The notes beneath the pieces were generated by a model, which saw only the letters and a list, made by a program, of their open reading frames with translations, did not search any database and was not told the DNA's origin. A DNA stretch of 51,986 bases, from the NCBI GenBank assembly GCA_902790405.1, contig CADARW010000020.1, positions 1 through 51,986 on the forward strand. Reading direction: 5' to 3'. Below are positions 37,101 to 47,348 of this stretch, one piece after another. The position numbers were made by a program, and so were the translations under genes. How positions within the stretch are numbered: the stretch's first letter is position 1; each line of letters begins with the position of its first letter. This stretch comes from an uncultured Bacteroidia bacterium (GTDB taxonomy: Bacteria; Bacteroidota; Bacteroidia; Bacteroidales; ML635J-15).

Positions 37101-37979
37101 ATGAAAGTTTTGATAATTGTTATTGTAGTGACCTTAGTTGTCATATTGTTCTTGTGCGGCTTCAAGGTTGTTCGTCCTACTCATAGGGCATTGGTCGAGA
37201 GACTCGGTAAGTATCATCATTTTGCAAATCCCGGTTTGCACTGGATTATTCCTATAATCGACCGCATATACCGTGTGAATGTCACAGAGCAGATGGTTGA
37301 TGCCGATCCGCAGGAAATCATTACCAACGATAACCTGAATGCAACCGTCGATGCACAGATTTATTTCCGCGTGCGCGAAGACGAGCAGAGTGTAAAGAAT
37401 TCGCAGTACAACGTGTACAACTATCAGGTTCAGATAGTTAATCTTGCACGTACAACTTTGCGTAACATCATTGGTACGCTTACGCTAAAGTCGGCAAACA
37501 GCGAACGTGGGCGTATCAATACCGAATTGCACCAGATTTTGTCGGAAGAGACTACCGACTGGGGTATTTCGATTGTTCGTGCCGAATTGAAGCAGATTGA
37601 TCCGCCGCAGGACGTACAGGCAACCATGAACAAAGTAGTTAAGGCCGAGAACGAGAAGATTGCCGCTATCGACTATGCTACCGCAGCCGAGACCGAGGCC
37701 GACGGTGTAAAGCGCGCCAAGATCAAGGAAGCCGAAGGTTTCCGTCAGGCAAAGATTTTGAACGCCGAAGGTGAAGCAGAGGCAATCAGGTTGGTTAACG
37801 AGGCTGCTGAAAAGTATTTCATTGGTAATGCGCAGATTTTAAGAAAGATTGAGGCTGTTGAAACATCTCTTAAGAACAATGCCAAGATAGTTGTTCCATC
37901 GGATTCCGATTTGGTAAACGTAATTGGCGAGATGGCAGGAGTGTTGCCGCTGGAAAAGAAAGATAAGAAATCGGAATAA
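37101..37979 (+). CDS. SPFH/Band-7 (stomatin/HflK-C-like) membrane protein
   Basis: N-terminal TM, then VVRPTHRALVERLGKY..., RAELKQIDPP, and an A/E-rich coiled coil. Confidence 0.9.
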   Translation: MKVLIIVIVVTLVVILFLCGFKVVRPTHRALVERLGKYHHFANPGLHWIIPIIDRIYRVNVTEQMVDADPQEIITNDNLNATVDAQIYFRVREDEQSVKNSQYNVYNYQVQIVNLARTTLRNIIGTLTLKSANSERGRINTELHQILSEETTDWGISIVRAELKQIDPPQDVQATMNKVVKAENEKIAAIDYATAAETEADGVKRAKIKEAEGFRQAKILNAEGEAEAIRLVNEAAEKYFIGNAQILRKIEAVETSLKNNAKIVVPSDSDLVNVIGEMAGVLPLEKKDKKSE

Positions 37980-38001
37980 TTGCTGATTCCAAAAAATAAA
38001 T

Positions 38002-38030
38002 AAGCCCGACATCAGCCGGGCTTATTTTTA
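38002..38030. terminator. Bidirectional rho-independent terminator
   Basis: A 7 bp stem AAGCCCG / CGGGCTT (38002-38008 and 38017-38023), with an A-run upstream and ATTTTTA downstream. It lies between convergent genes. Confidence 0.75.
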
Positions 38031-38044
38031 TGTCATGCCAAAAG

Positions 38045-39145
38045 TTATTTTGTGAGTTCGTATAGAACGTCAAGTTTCGGAGTAAGAATTATTTCCGTCC
38101 TGCGGTTCTTTGCGCGAGCCTCTGCGGTTTTTGCATCGTCGACAGGCAGATAGCAGCTACGTCCCGATGCTATCAGGCGGACAGGGTCAATTTTCGAGTT
38201 CGACAGTATAATCTTTACAATCGATGTTGCACGCTTGGTGCTTAAGTCCCAGTTGTCCTGTATGTTGCCATTGCCGCTGTATGCAAGGTCGTCGGTGTGG
38301 CCTTCGATAGTGATGTTTACATCGTGATTATTCTCCAATACGGCAGCCAGTTTCTTAAGAGCTTCCTGTCCCTTGGGGTCAACGTCCCACTTGCCCGATT
38401 TGAAAAGCAATTTTTCGTCAAGCGACACATAAACCTTGCCTTCCTTCTGCGTTACGGTCAATCCGTTGCCTTCGAATCCCGATAGCGCTTCCGAAACCTT
38501 GGTTCTCAATGCGTTCATTGCCGAATCTTTTGCGTTGAGTATTGCTTGCAGTTCGGCAACCTTTGCGTTTTTCGAATCCAATTCCGAATTCTTGCTGCTC
38601 AATTCGTTGCGTTGCGATTCGAGCAGAGCGTTCTTTTCGTTCAACTCGCGTTCCTTTTGTTCGTTGAGCGTTTTCATAGCTTCGAGGCTTGCTCTTTCCT
38701 GGTTGAGCCTTGCTTCGAGGTTTCTTAGCTCATCCTCCTTTACCTGAAGTTCGTCGCGGGTCTTTTGTAGCATCTGCATTGCCTTCTGCTGTTCGTTGTC
38801 GGCGTCGGCACGAAGTTTCTGCTGGTTCTCAAGCAATTGCTTGTACAACTCGCTTATCTTGTCGTACTGCATGGTGAGAATTCTGTTTGTGTTGCTCTTC
38901 ATGGCGGTGTCAGCTATAAGAGCAGCCATTTCTCGTTCGTATCTGGCGATTGTTGCCTTAAGCTCGTTGTTGGCCGTCGTTAGGCTTTCGTTCTGCTTGT
39001 TCAGGTTTTCTCGTTCTTTTTCGCATGCTTCGTTGGCTGCTTTTACGTCCTCAAACTTGCGCGCAGGTACACACGAGAAAAGTATTCCCGATATTACCGA
39101 TGCGAAAACTATCAGTTTTATTAGTGTTAACGAATTGGTTCTCAT
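38045..39145 (-). CDS. Lipoprotein with a long coiled coil and a C-terminal OmpA/MotB peptidoglycan-binding domain
   Basis: Lipobox ISGILFSC. About 200 aa of heptad-rich E/K/L/N sequence. OmpA motifs are IEGHTDD, LSTKRA and NRRTEIIL. Confidence 0.88.
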   Translation of the reverse strand: MRTNSLTLIKLIVFASVISGILFSCVPARKFEDVKAANEACEKERENLNKQNESLTTANNELKATIARYEREMAALIADTAMKSNTNRILTMQYDKISELYKQLLENQQKLRADADNEQQKAMQMLQKTRDELQVKEDELRNLEARLNQERASLEAMKTLNEQKERELNEKNALLESQRNELSSKNSELDSKNAKVAELQAILNAKDSAMNALRTKVSEALSGFEGNGLTVTQKEGKVYVSLDEKLLFKSGKWDVDPKGQEALKKLAAVLENNHDVNITIEGHTDDLAYSGNGNIQDNWDLSTKRATSIVKIILSNSKIDPVRLIASGRSCYLPVDDAKTAEARAKNRRTEIILTPKLDVLYELTK

Positions 39146-39273
39146 GACTATATAAAATCTATTGATATAATTTGCAAATATATGCCTCTTTAATTCGTCT
39201 TAATGTTTGTTGTCAACTTATTTATTTACAATTATATGTTAATATTTACTTGTATATGATACTATATTTTTTG

Positions 39274-39281
39274 TAATTTTG
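39274..39281 (+). promoter_or_regulatory. -7 promoter box TAATTTTG upstream of dxs
   Basis: It matches TAnnTTTG and lies 51 nt upstream of the ATG at 39332. Confidence 0.45.
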
Positions 39282-39331
39282 TAACCTTAAAAAACAATGA
39301 AATAGGTATAGGTTAACGGTATAGTAGCGAC

Positions 39332-41224
39332 ATGTCATATAGATTTTTAGACAAAATAGATTCTCCGGCAGATTTGAAGTCGTTGGATGTGGCTGACTTA
39401 CCGTTAGTGTGCGAAGAATTGAGGCAGTTCATAATAGAGTCGGAGGCTGTCAATCCTGCTCATTTCGGAGCTAATCTCGGTGTCATAGAACTTACTGTTG
39501 CTTTGCATTATGTATTCGATGTTCCCAACGACAACCTTATTTGGGATGTCGGACACCAGGCATACGGTCACAAAATTCTTACCGGACGTCGTGATGTTTT
39601 CAAGACAAACAGGAAATACAAGGGGATAAGCGGTTTTCCGTCGCCTGCCGAGAGCAAATACGATAGTTTTGGCGTTGGGCATTCGTCAACTAGTATATCG
39701 GCTGCTTTGGGAATGGCTATGGCTGCAAAAATGCGCGGAAGCGACGAGCGTACAATTGCTGTGATTGGCGATGGCGCCCTCACTGGTGGCGAGGCTTTCG
39801 AGGCTTTGAACAATGCTGCAGTCAGCAAGCCGAATCTTCTGATTGTCCTTAACGACAACAAGATTGCCATCGACGAAACTCCTGGTTCGCTTCGCGAGTA
39901 CCTAACCGATATTGCAACATCGAAAACTTACAACAAGGTAAAAAACGATGTGTGGCGGTTGCTTGGCAAGGTAGGACCCGATATAAGGCATTTTACCCAG
40001 CGTATCGACAATGCTGTGAAGTCTGTAATGATGAAGCAGGGCAACTTGTTCGAGTCGATGGGTGTAAGATATTTCGGACCGGTCGACGGTCATGATGTGG
40101 TTTCGCTTGTGCGTTTGTTCGAGGACCTGAAAAATATCGATGGCCCCAATTTGTTGCACCTTATAACACAAAAGGGCAGGGGATTCAAGCCGGCAGAGGA
40201 CAATCCGCAGCGTTGGCATGCAGCTCCAGGCAAGTTCGACGTAACTACTGGCGAGTTAATTGCCGATGCCGAAGACCCAATGTGTCCACAGAAATTCCAG
40301 GATGTGTTCGGAGATGCCGTTCTGCAGCTTGCTCGCAACAATCCAAACATAGTCGCAATATCACCAGCAATGGTTTCGGGCAGTGGCCTTACAAAAATGT
40401 TCGATGAGTTACCCGACAGATGTTTCGATGTGGGAATATCGGAACAGCATGCGGTGACATTCGCTGCTGGACTGGCAATTAAGGGAATGATTCCTTATTG
40501 CTGTATTTATAGTACTTTCTCGCAGCGTGCTTTCGACCAGATAGTTCACGATGTCGCTCTGCAGAAACTACATGTTGTGCTTTGTCTCGACCGTGCTGGG
40601 CTAGTAGGAAAAGATGGAGCAACTCATCATGGCTCGTTCGACATTTCTTTCCTGCGATGCATACCAAATCTGGTAATTGCGGCTCCGTCCGACGAATTCC
40701 AATTGCGGAACCTGCTTTACTCTGCCCAGCTCGAAAAGAATAAATTTCCATTCGTAATTAGATATCCGCGAGGAAAGTCATTTCATCCAAAGTCCGAAAT
40801 TAATTTTTCGGAAATGGAGATCGGAAAAGGTCGTTGCGTAAAACGTGGCACGGATGTTGCTATAGTTACCGCCGGCACGGCAGGGCGGACAGCCGCCATT
40901 GTTGCCGACCGCCTGCACAACGAAGGTATTGAGGTTTCGGTGTACGATATGATTTTCGTCAAGCCAGTGGACAAGGACCTGCTAAGCGAGGCATGTGCTG
41001 GACATCGACAAATTGTAACTATCGAGGACAACGCTCTGCAGGGAGGATTTGGAAGCATGGTTCTGGAGTTCATTTCCGACAACGGATTCGACACAAAGGT
41101 AAAGCGCTTCGGAATTCCCGATTACTTCGTGACGCATGGCACACAAGAGGAGTTAATAAAGGAATGCGGCTACGATGCCGATACTATATACGAATGGATA
41201 AAAAATTATATTGGTTATAAATAG
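39332..41224 (+). CDS. dxs: 1-deoxy-D-xylulose-5-phosphate synthase
   Basis: GHFGANLG, VWDVGHQAYGHKILTGR, the TPP motif GDGALTGGEAFEALNN, and GISEQHAVTFAAGLA. Confidence 0.95.
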   Translation: MSYRFLDKIDSPADLKSLDVADLPLVCEELRQFIIESEAVNPAHFGANLGVIELTVALHYVFDVPNDNLIWDVGHQAYGHKILTGRRDVFKTNRKYKGISGFPSPAESKYDSFGVGHSSTSISAALGMAMAAKMRGSDERTIAVIGDGALTGGEAFEALNNAAVSKPNLLIVLNDNKIAIDETPGSLREYLTDIATSKTYNKVKNDVWRLLGKVGPDIRHFTQRIDNAVKSVMMKQGNLFESMGVRYFGPVDGHDVVSLVRLFEDLKNIDGPNLLHLITQKGRGFKPAEDNPQRWHAAPGKFDVTTGELIADAEDPMCPQKFQDVFGDAVLQLARNNPNIVAISPAMVSGSGLTKMFDELPDRCFDVGISEQHAVTFAAGLAIKGMIPYCCIYSTFSQRAFDQIVHDVALQKLHVVLCLDRAGLVGKDGATHHGSFDISFLRCIPNLVIAAPSDEFQLRNLLYSAQLEKNKFPFVIRYPRGKSFHPKSEINFSEMEIGKGRCVKRGTDVAIVTAGTAGRTAAIVADRLHNEGIEVSVYDMIFVKPVDKDLLSEACAGHRQIVTIEDNALQGGFGSMVLEFISDNGFDTKVKRFGIPDYFVTHGTQEELIKECGYDADTIYEWIKNYIGYK

Positions 41225-41301
41225 TAGGATAAGATTAAATTTAGATAAAAAAAAGGATTTAAAGGACTATTTGTTATATGTTTGTTTATAATTATTAAAA
41301 G

Positions 41302-43866
41302 ATGAAAAAACTGTTACTATTTTTCTTATGTACGGCAATGTTTGCGGTGTGTTACTCGCAGAAGCCCAGCAAAGCTTTTATGAGTAATTTTTATGATGCA
41401 CAAGCCTTTATGTACGAGGATAATTTTGAGGAGGCTCTTAAGATGTGGCGTTTGGCCGAGGATAAAGACCCTGAAAATCCAAATGTCTGGTATAATATTG
41501 GTGTGTGCTGCAAAAACACTTCAAAGGACCGAGAAATGTCGGAGCAATATCTGCGTAAGGCTTTGGATTATGTAAATCCAAAATACAAAAGGGGTGAACA
41601 TAAGGAGCGTACGGCGCCTATCGACTGCTACTATCACCTCGGATCGGTTCTTCGTATGTTGGGGAAATATGAGGAAAGTACCGAGATGCTTGTGAAAGCT
41701 AGGCAGCTCGCGCAGGAAAATAACAGGGAAAAGCTTGTCGAGCTGATTGACGAGGAAATGGAAATCACCATAAATGCAAAAAATATTTCGACACGTAAGT
41801 CGTGCTTGAAGATGGAGGTCGAAAATATTGGCGATGTGGTCAATTCGGAGTATTCCGATCACTCACCAATAATTTCGTGCGACGGTAGAACATTATATTT
41901 TACTTCTAAGCGACCTAATTCTCTTGGGTCCGAGGGTTTCGAAAATATTTATGTGACTACCAAGGACGATGACGGCAAATGGCGCGAACCTGAGATGTTG
42001 CCTGCAGGTATTAATACCAAAGGCAGCAATGAGTCTGTCGTGGCGCTCTCTCCTGACGGAAAGGAATTGTATTTTTTTAGGTCGGGTACTTCGTTGCAAG
42101 GCAATTTGTATGTTGTCGAAAAAGGTCGCAATGGTTCGTGGGGAAAACCTAGCAATTTGAGCACGTCAATAAATACAAAGTACAGGGAATCGCACGTGAC
42201 TATCTCTCCCGATGGTAGCAGTATGTATTTTACTAGCGACCGTCCTGGTGGTTTCGGCGGACTCGACATTTATGTCATGAAAAAGTTGCCTAACGGACAA
42301 TGGTCGGAACCTAAGGTTCTTCCTGCCGAGGTTAATACCCCGAAAGATGAGGAATATCCTTTTGTTCATCCCAATGGTTCGATTTTGTATTTCAACTCAA
42401 AGGGTCATGAGACCGTCGGTGGATACGATGTATTTTTCTCCCGCATAAACGAGGATGGAACCTTCAGTCCTGCCGAGAATATGTGTAGTCCTATCAATAC
42501 TCCCGACAACGATATATGCTATTCGCTTAGTTGCGATGGAAAGACCGCATACGTTGCTGGTGTTCGCGCCGATTCGTATGGCGAGTACGACTTGTATGTA
42601 ATTTCCGACAAGACCGAGGAAAGCAACATGATTGTGTACCGCGGTGCTGTAAAATATGCCGACAATGCAGTTCCTAAGGGTGTCTTGGTGTGGGTGAAGA
42701 ACACAACTACAGGTGCCGACTTGGGTTCGTATAAGCTCGATAGCACAGGCAATTATACATGCTACTTGTTGCCAAGCAACGACTACAGCCTTACATATTC
42801 GAAAAATGGCGAAAAGTTGAACGATATGCAGAAGACTCCTGCAGATAATGAAGTCACTGCTTTCAGGGAAAGCGGAAATCCGGTACAACTCGACGATATT
42901 ATTCTTCCGTTGTCGACAAGCGAAGCTTCGGTTACTTTGTATGGCAATAGCGACCTTACCGCCGATGCAATCTCGGTACTCAACAAGGTTAAAAAGACAG
43001 CCGACGAACTTAACGAGGAGTCGAGAATTCTTTGTGTAAACTTCGAATTCGATGAAAACCAGATTGCTCCCAATTCACCTCAGCTAAAGAAAGTTGTCGA
43101 TTATTTGGCCGGTTCGGTGAACAAGGCAAATATGTCGTACAACGAGAAACCAATGGACAGGAACCTGTATAATGTAACTGTATTGTACGAGCCTGAACTC
43201 ATTGCCGACAATCCTCCACAGGCAGTTATGGATACTGTAGAAATTGGTAATGTATATTTCGATTTCGACAAGTATAACATCAAGTCCGAATACGAAGGCT
43301 TGCTTAATAAGTTGTCCGAATTTATGGTCGATAACCCAGGTGCTAAGATAGAAGTTGGCGGTCATGCCGACTATACTGGTACCGACGAATACAACTACTT
43401 GCTTTCTGGCCGCCGTGCTATGGCAGTAAAGGATTATCTTGTTGGCAAGGGCGTAAAGCAGGACAAGATCGAAGTTGTTAAGTACGGTGAATCGAAGCCT
43501 ATAGCTAACAACAGCAGAAGCTCGCTTAGAAAGTATAACCGTCGTGTAGATTTTAGGGTCCTCATTCAGGGTAGCGATGCTTACCTGAAAATTAAGTCAG
43601 AAACAATAGTTGACGACGGTAAGGGTGACCCCACGGCTTACAATGCAAGCAGAACAACCAAGGTATTCAGAGTTCAGGTATTTGCATTGTCAACTCAGAA
43701 GCCAGTAAATAGCTTTGGTATTCCAAACCTTAAGGTACGCGAGTTTAATGGAGTATATAAGTATTACATAGGAGATTTTGATACTTATGAAGAAGCTAAG
43801 CAGGTAATGGAATCGCTTGACGAGCAGTATCGCTCTTCGGCAATAGTACTCGAATCGAGAAAGTAA
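41302..43866 (+). CDS. Multi-domain envelope protein: TPR, TolB-like PD40 beta-propeller repeats, OmpA domain, SPOR domain
   Basis: Signal peptide. PD40 repeats (SPIISCDGRTLYFTS, SPDGKELYF, SPDGSSMYFTSDRPGG, HPNGSILYFNS). OmpA motifs (GGHADYTGTDEYNYLLSGRRA, NRRVDFRV). A SPOR-like tail (FRVQVFAL...YKYYIGDFDTYEEA). Confidence 0.88.
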   Translation: MKKLLLFFLCTAMFAVCYSQKPSKAFMSNFYDAQAFMYEDNFEEALKMWRLAEDKDPENPNVWYNIGVCCKNTSKDREMSEQYLRKALDYVNPKYKRGEHKERTAPIDCYYHLGSVLRMLGKYEESTEMLVKARQLAQENNREKLVELIDEEMEITINAKNISTRKSCLKMEVENIGDVVNSEYSDHSPIISCDGRTLYFTSKRPNSLGSEGFENIYVTTKDDDGKWREPEMLPAGINTKGSNESVVALSPDGKELYFFRSGTSLQGNLYVVEKGRNGSWGKPSNLSTSINTKYRESHVTISPDGSSMYFTSDRPGGFGGLDIYVMKKLPNGQWSEPKVLPAEVNTPKDEEYPFVHPNGSILYFNSKGHETVGGYDVFFSRINEDGTFSPAENMCSPINTPDNDICYSLSCDGKTAYVAGVRADSYGEYDLYVISDKTEESNMIVYRGAVKYADNAVPKGVLVWVKNTTTGADLGSYKLDSTGNYTCYLLPSNDYSLTYSKNGEKLNDMQKTPADNEVTAFRESGNPVQLDDIILPLSTSEASVTLYGNSDLTADAISVLNKVKKTADELNEESRILCVNFEFDENQIAPNSPQLKKVVDYLAGSVNKANMSYNEKPMDRNLYNVTVLYEPELIADNPPQAVMDTVEIGNVYFDFDKYNIKSEYEGLLNKLSEFMVDNPGAKIEVGGHADYTGTDEYNYLLSGRRAMAVKDYLVGKGVKQDKIEVVKYGESKPIANNSRSSLRKYNRRVDFRVLIQGSDAYLKIKSETIVDDGKGDPTAYNASRTTKVFRVQVFALSTQKPVNSFGIPNLKVREFNGVYKYYIGDFDTYEEAKQVMESLDEQYRSSAIVLESRK

Positions 43867-43890
43867 ATTTATGTATACATATTTCGAAAA

Positions 43891-43918
43891 TGCTGCGCTT
43901 AGGCGCGGCATTTTTTTT
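43891..43918 (+). terminator. Rho-independent terminator
   Basis: TGCTGCGC-ttag-GCGCGGCA followed by TTTTTTTT. Confidence 0.8.
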
Positions 43919-44303
43919 ATGGAGTTTCTATATCAACATGAAATTTTGACGTTTTTAGGCGCGTGTGGTATAAATGCCTAGAAAATACATTTATTATTAA
44001 GTTGCTTATTATCAAAAATATACCATCTAGAGAATAATATCCTGTTTTTCTATATAGTCGCAGGTTTGCGAAAATTTTAGAAAAAAAATATTTGGCTCAA
44101 ACCGTTGATAGTTAGTGGTTTATTGGCTAATTTTGAAAATTTTCTGATTTTCTGAAAAATGGCAAATATGTTGATACATATTAAATTCAAATATAATAAA
44201 AATTTATACATTGCACGATAATTGTGCTAATTAAGGTGATATTTTGATGAAAAAATGCTTTTTCATCTCTTGTACCTTATAAAAAAGATTTAACTTTGTA
44301 GCA

Positions 44304-44380
44304 GATTTCGCTTTTATAGAAGTGGAAATTTTGGTTCAACATTAAAAAATAAAGAAGGCTCGCAGAGCCTTTCTTTTTTT
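44304..44380 (+). ncRNA. Candidate ~75 nt small RNA (promoter-to-terminator unit without an ORF)
   Basis: A -7 box TAACTTTG lies at 44291-44298. A GGCTC-GCA-GAGCC hairpin plus T7 run lies at 44354-44380. There is no ORF between them. Confidence 0.3.
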
Positions 44381-44388
44381 GTGTCCAC

Positions 44389-44423
44389 AAAAAAACTGCG
44401 CAGCACCCGAAAGTACTGCGCAG
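44389..44423 (-). terminator. Rho-independent terminator of the rnf operon
   Basis: Palindromic CTGCGCAG arms (44396-44403 and 44416-44423) with a 12 nt loop. A T7 run follows on the minus strand. Confidence 0.7.
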
Positions 44424-44444
44424 CGACATTATGAAACACTTAAT

Positions 44445-45041
44445 TTATACAAGTCCTGAGAATCCCATGAAAGCCAAAGCGAGAATACCAGCAACTACGA
44501 GAGCTGCAGGAACACCCTTCATGCCTTCTGGAATCGGGAGCTTTGCCAGATGTTCGCGGATACCTGCGAAGATTACCAATGCAAGCATAAAGCCCAAAGC
44601 GGTACCAATTGCGAATACTATTGCCGGCAAAAGCGATGTTGCATCGAGTCCCATCGAGTTGTATGTTCCGTTGCCAACCAATATTGCAACACCAAGTATT
44701 GCGCAGTTGGTGGTGATAAGCGGAAGGAAAATACCGAGTGCCTGATACAGCGACGGGCTTATCTTCTTGAGGATAATCTCGACCATCTGTACGAGTGCAG
44801 CGATGATGAGGATAAATGCAACTGTCTGCATAAACTGAATTCCCAACGGATTGAGGATGTAGGTCTGCACGAGCCATGTCACAATGGTTGCAAGAGTCAT
44901 TACGAACAGGACTGCGCTTCCCATTCCTACTGCCGTCTTAACCTTTCCCGATACGCCAAGGAACGGGCATATTCCGAGAAACTGGGCAAGCACGATGTTA
45001 TTTACGAGCATTGCCGATATTATGATGAGTATGTATGCCAT
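44445..45041 (-). CDS. rnfA: Rnf electron-transport complex subunit A
   Basis: The sequence is typical of RnfA (NNIVLAQFLGICPFLGVS ..., six TM helices). Confidence 0.93.
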   Translation of the reverse strand: MAYILIIISAMLVNNIVLAQFLGICPFLGVSGKVKTAVGMGSAVLFVMTLATIVTWLVQTYILNPLGIQFMQTVAFILIIAALVQMVEIILKKISPSLYQALGIFLPLITTNCAILGVAILVGNGTYNSMGLDATSLLPAIVFAIGTALGFMLALVIFAGIREHLAKLPIPEGMKGVPAALVVAGILALAFMGFSGLV

Positions 45042-45052
45042 AGTCGTAAATT

Positions 45053-45631
45053 TTATTTGTTAAACCTTCTTACTACTGCTATAAAATATGCCAATCCGAA
45101 GAATGCACCCGGAGCAAGCACGAATACGAGGATTCCGTCGGCCTGAATGAACTGCCATCCGAAGATTGACAGGCTACCGAGGACTTCGCGTACAGCACCC
45201 AATATCATAAGTGCAAGTGCGTATCCGAGACCCATTCCCAAACCATCGACACAGGATGCCCAAACGCCGTTCTTCGATGCAAAAGCTTCGGCACGACCGA
45301 GAACTATGCAGTTTACAACGATAAGCGGAATGAACAAGCCCAATGTTTCGTAAATGCCCGGCAAGTAGGCCTGCATAAGCAGGTCGATTACCGTTACGAA
45401 CGATGCGATTACAACAATGTACGATGGAATACGCACCTTGTCGGGGATAAGGTTCTTGATTAGCGATATTACTATGTTGGAGCATACGAGGACGAATGTC
45501 GTCGCAAGACCCATGCTCAAGCCGTTGATTGCCGATGTGGTGGTTCCCAGTGTCGGGCAGCAGCCAAGCAACATTACCAATACGGGGTTCTCCTTTATGA
45601 AACCCTTAGTGAAATTCTTCCAGTTATTCAT
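45053..45631 (-). CDS. rnfE: Rnf complex subunit E
   Basis: From the internal ATG: [31 protein letters not shown]..., [15 protein letters not shown]. It overlaps the rnfG stop by 8 nt. Confidence 0.9.
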   Translation of the reverse strand: MNNWKNFTKGFIKENPVLVMLLGCCPTLGTTTSAINGLSMGLATTFVLVCSNIVISLIKNLIPDKVRIPSYIVVIASFVTVIDLLMQAYLPGIYETLGLFIPLIVVNCIVLGRAEAFASKNGVWASCVDGLGMGLGYALALMILGAVREVLGSLSIFGWQFIQADGILVFVLAPGAFFGLAYFIAVVRRFNK

Positions 45632-46319
45632 TGTCCTGTCCTCCTTCTTCTTTAAGAGTAACCTCAATACTGTTTTCTCCAGACTTGCATACCGTCGAAA
45701 CATTTGTTAATGTATCGCAACCTTTACTATCTTTAACGATTAAGGTATCGGTAGATACGCAAGTGCCAACTGTATTAACATAGGTTGCGTAAGCCTTGTT
45801 GAGAGCATCGCAGAAAGCACGCGACGAGATTGTTGCTGCTGTGATAGCGTCAACATCGCCACCGTCCTTGCTAACCTTTGCTGGGGTAGAAAGGTCTTTA
45901 CCGATTACATTGCCTTTTCCGCCTTCCTGGAACCAGTCGCCCATCTTCGAACCAAGACCGGCGGTTTCCTTATGTTCCAAAACAGTGTATCCGAAAATCT
46001 TGCCTTCGGTATCGAAACCGACCAAAACCTTTACATCGCCGCCGAAACCCTTGTCGGTAACAACCTCGACAGCTGTTCCAACTAACTGTTCGTTAGCGTC
46101 GAATGCCTTGTAGGTAGGAACGCCTTCAACTTCTTCGGCTACCTGATGGTCGAATGCAGGGAGCACCTTCATAAGACCTTCGTTCAACTTCTTTTCTTTC
46201 ACCTGTGCAATAGGCTCCTGGGTAAAGTAATATACGAAACCGAGAGCCACGGCTGCCACTACTGTAATCACGAACAGCGTGAGCACCATATTTATTAAAG
46301 AACTTTGTTTCTTTGCCAT
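45624..46319 (-). CDS. rnfG: Rnf complex subunit G (FMN-binding), with a Cys-containing C-terminal extension
   Basis: N-terminal [10 protein letters not shown], and the flavinylation context [14 protein letters not shown]. Confidence 0.88.
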   Translation of the reverse strand: MAKKQSSLINMVLTLFVITVVAAVALGFVYYFTQEPIAQVKEKKLNEGLMKVLPAFDHQVAEEVEGVPTYKAFDANEQLVGTAVEVVTDKGFGGDVKVLVGFDTEGKIFGYTVLEHKETAGLGSKMGDWFQEGGKGNVIGKDLSTPAKVSKDGGDVDAITAATISSRAFCDALNKAYATYVNTVGTCVSTDTLIVKDSKGCDTLTNVSTVCKSGENSIEVTLKEEGGQDNE

Positions 46320-46344
46320 GATAATTCTTTTTTAGGTTCCACAA

Positions 46345-47340
46345 TTATTTCTTTACCTCTTCCTTTGGCGGTTTTACAACCTCACCGAAACGCTTCGGCT
46401 TGCACCAGTTGTTAATCAGCGGAACAAGTGCGTTCATAATAAGAATTGCGAACGACATACCTTCCGGATACGAACCCCAGGTTCTGATTAAGATGGTGAT
46501 GATACCGATACCAACACCGTAAACCAACATTCCCTTGCCAGTCATTGGCGAAGTTACCATATCGGTTGCCATGTAGATAGCACCGAGCAGAGCACCACCG
46601 GCGAGGATATGGAACAGCGGGTCGGCATACTTGGTCGGGTCAACGCCCCAGAGGATTGCCGAGAAAGCAGCCATAGTTCCTAGAACTGCAACTGGAATAT
46701 GCCAGGTTATAACCTTGCGGATAAGCAGGAAGATACCGCCAAGTAGCAGTGCTATTGCCGACATTTCGCCGAGCGAACCGCCCATGTTGCCGATAAACAT
46801 ATCCATATAGTTGTAGTCAACCATCTGACCTTCGTTGAGAAGTCCCAGTGGAGTTGGACCTGTTACTGCATCGAGAGCCTTGATGTCCCAAATCGGCTGC
46901 GGAGTTGGCCAGGTGGTCATCTGCGACGGGAACGAAATGAGCAAGAATACACGACCTACGATTGCAGGGTTGAACGGGTTGTTGCCAAGTCCGCCGAAAG
47001 TCATCTTTGCGATGCCTATTGCGACGATTGCACCTATAACAATAATCCACCAGTCGAGGTTTGCCGGAACGTTGAATGCCAGAAGCATACCTGTAACGAT
47101 TGCAGAACCGTCGAAAATAGTGGTCTTTCCCTTCAATAAGAACTTCTGAATCAGCCATTCAACAGCCATACAAGCAACTATCGAGATGAGTGTAACTCTG
47201 ATAGCGTTGAGTCCGAAGAAGTAAACCGATACGCAGAAGGCCGGTAACAGCGCAATTACCACGCTGTACATTATCTTTTTCACCGACTCGTTGCTGTGAA
47301 CATGCGGTGACATTGCGATTGCTAATCTATTATCTGCCAT
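46345..47340 (-). CDS. rnfD: Rnf complex subunit D
   Basis: SPHVHS..., NPFNPAIVGRVFL, and the conserved flavinylation-region sequence MATDMVTSP. Confidence 0.93.
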   Translation of the reverse strand: MADNRLAIAMSPHVHSNESVKKIMYSVVIALLPAFCVSVYFFGLNAIRVTLISIVACMAVEWLIQKFLLKGKTTIFDGSAIVTGMLLAFNVPANLDWWIIVIGAIVAIGIAKMTFGGLGNNPFNPAIVGRVFLLISFPSQMTTWPTPQPIWDIKALDAVTGPTPLGLLNEGQMVDYNYMDMFIGNMGGSLGEMSAIALLLGGIFLLIRKVITWHIPVAVLGTMAAFSAILWGVDPTKYADPLFHILAGGALLGAIYMATDMVTSPMTGKGMLVYGVGIGIITILIRTWGSYPEGMSFAILIMNALVPLINNWCKPKRFGEVVKPPKEEVKK

Positions 47341-47348
47341 AGCTGTTA

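Noticed and set aside
44233-44268. 11-codon mini-ORF MKKCFFISCTL in the AT-rich spacer
   Set aside because: It coincides with a palindrome (GATGAAAAA...TTTTTCATC) and has no promoter in front. It is too short to support without expression data.
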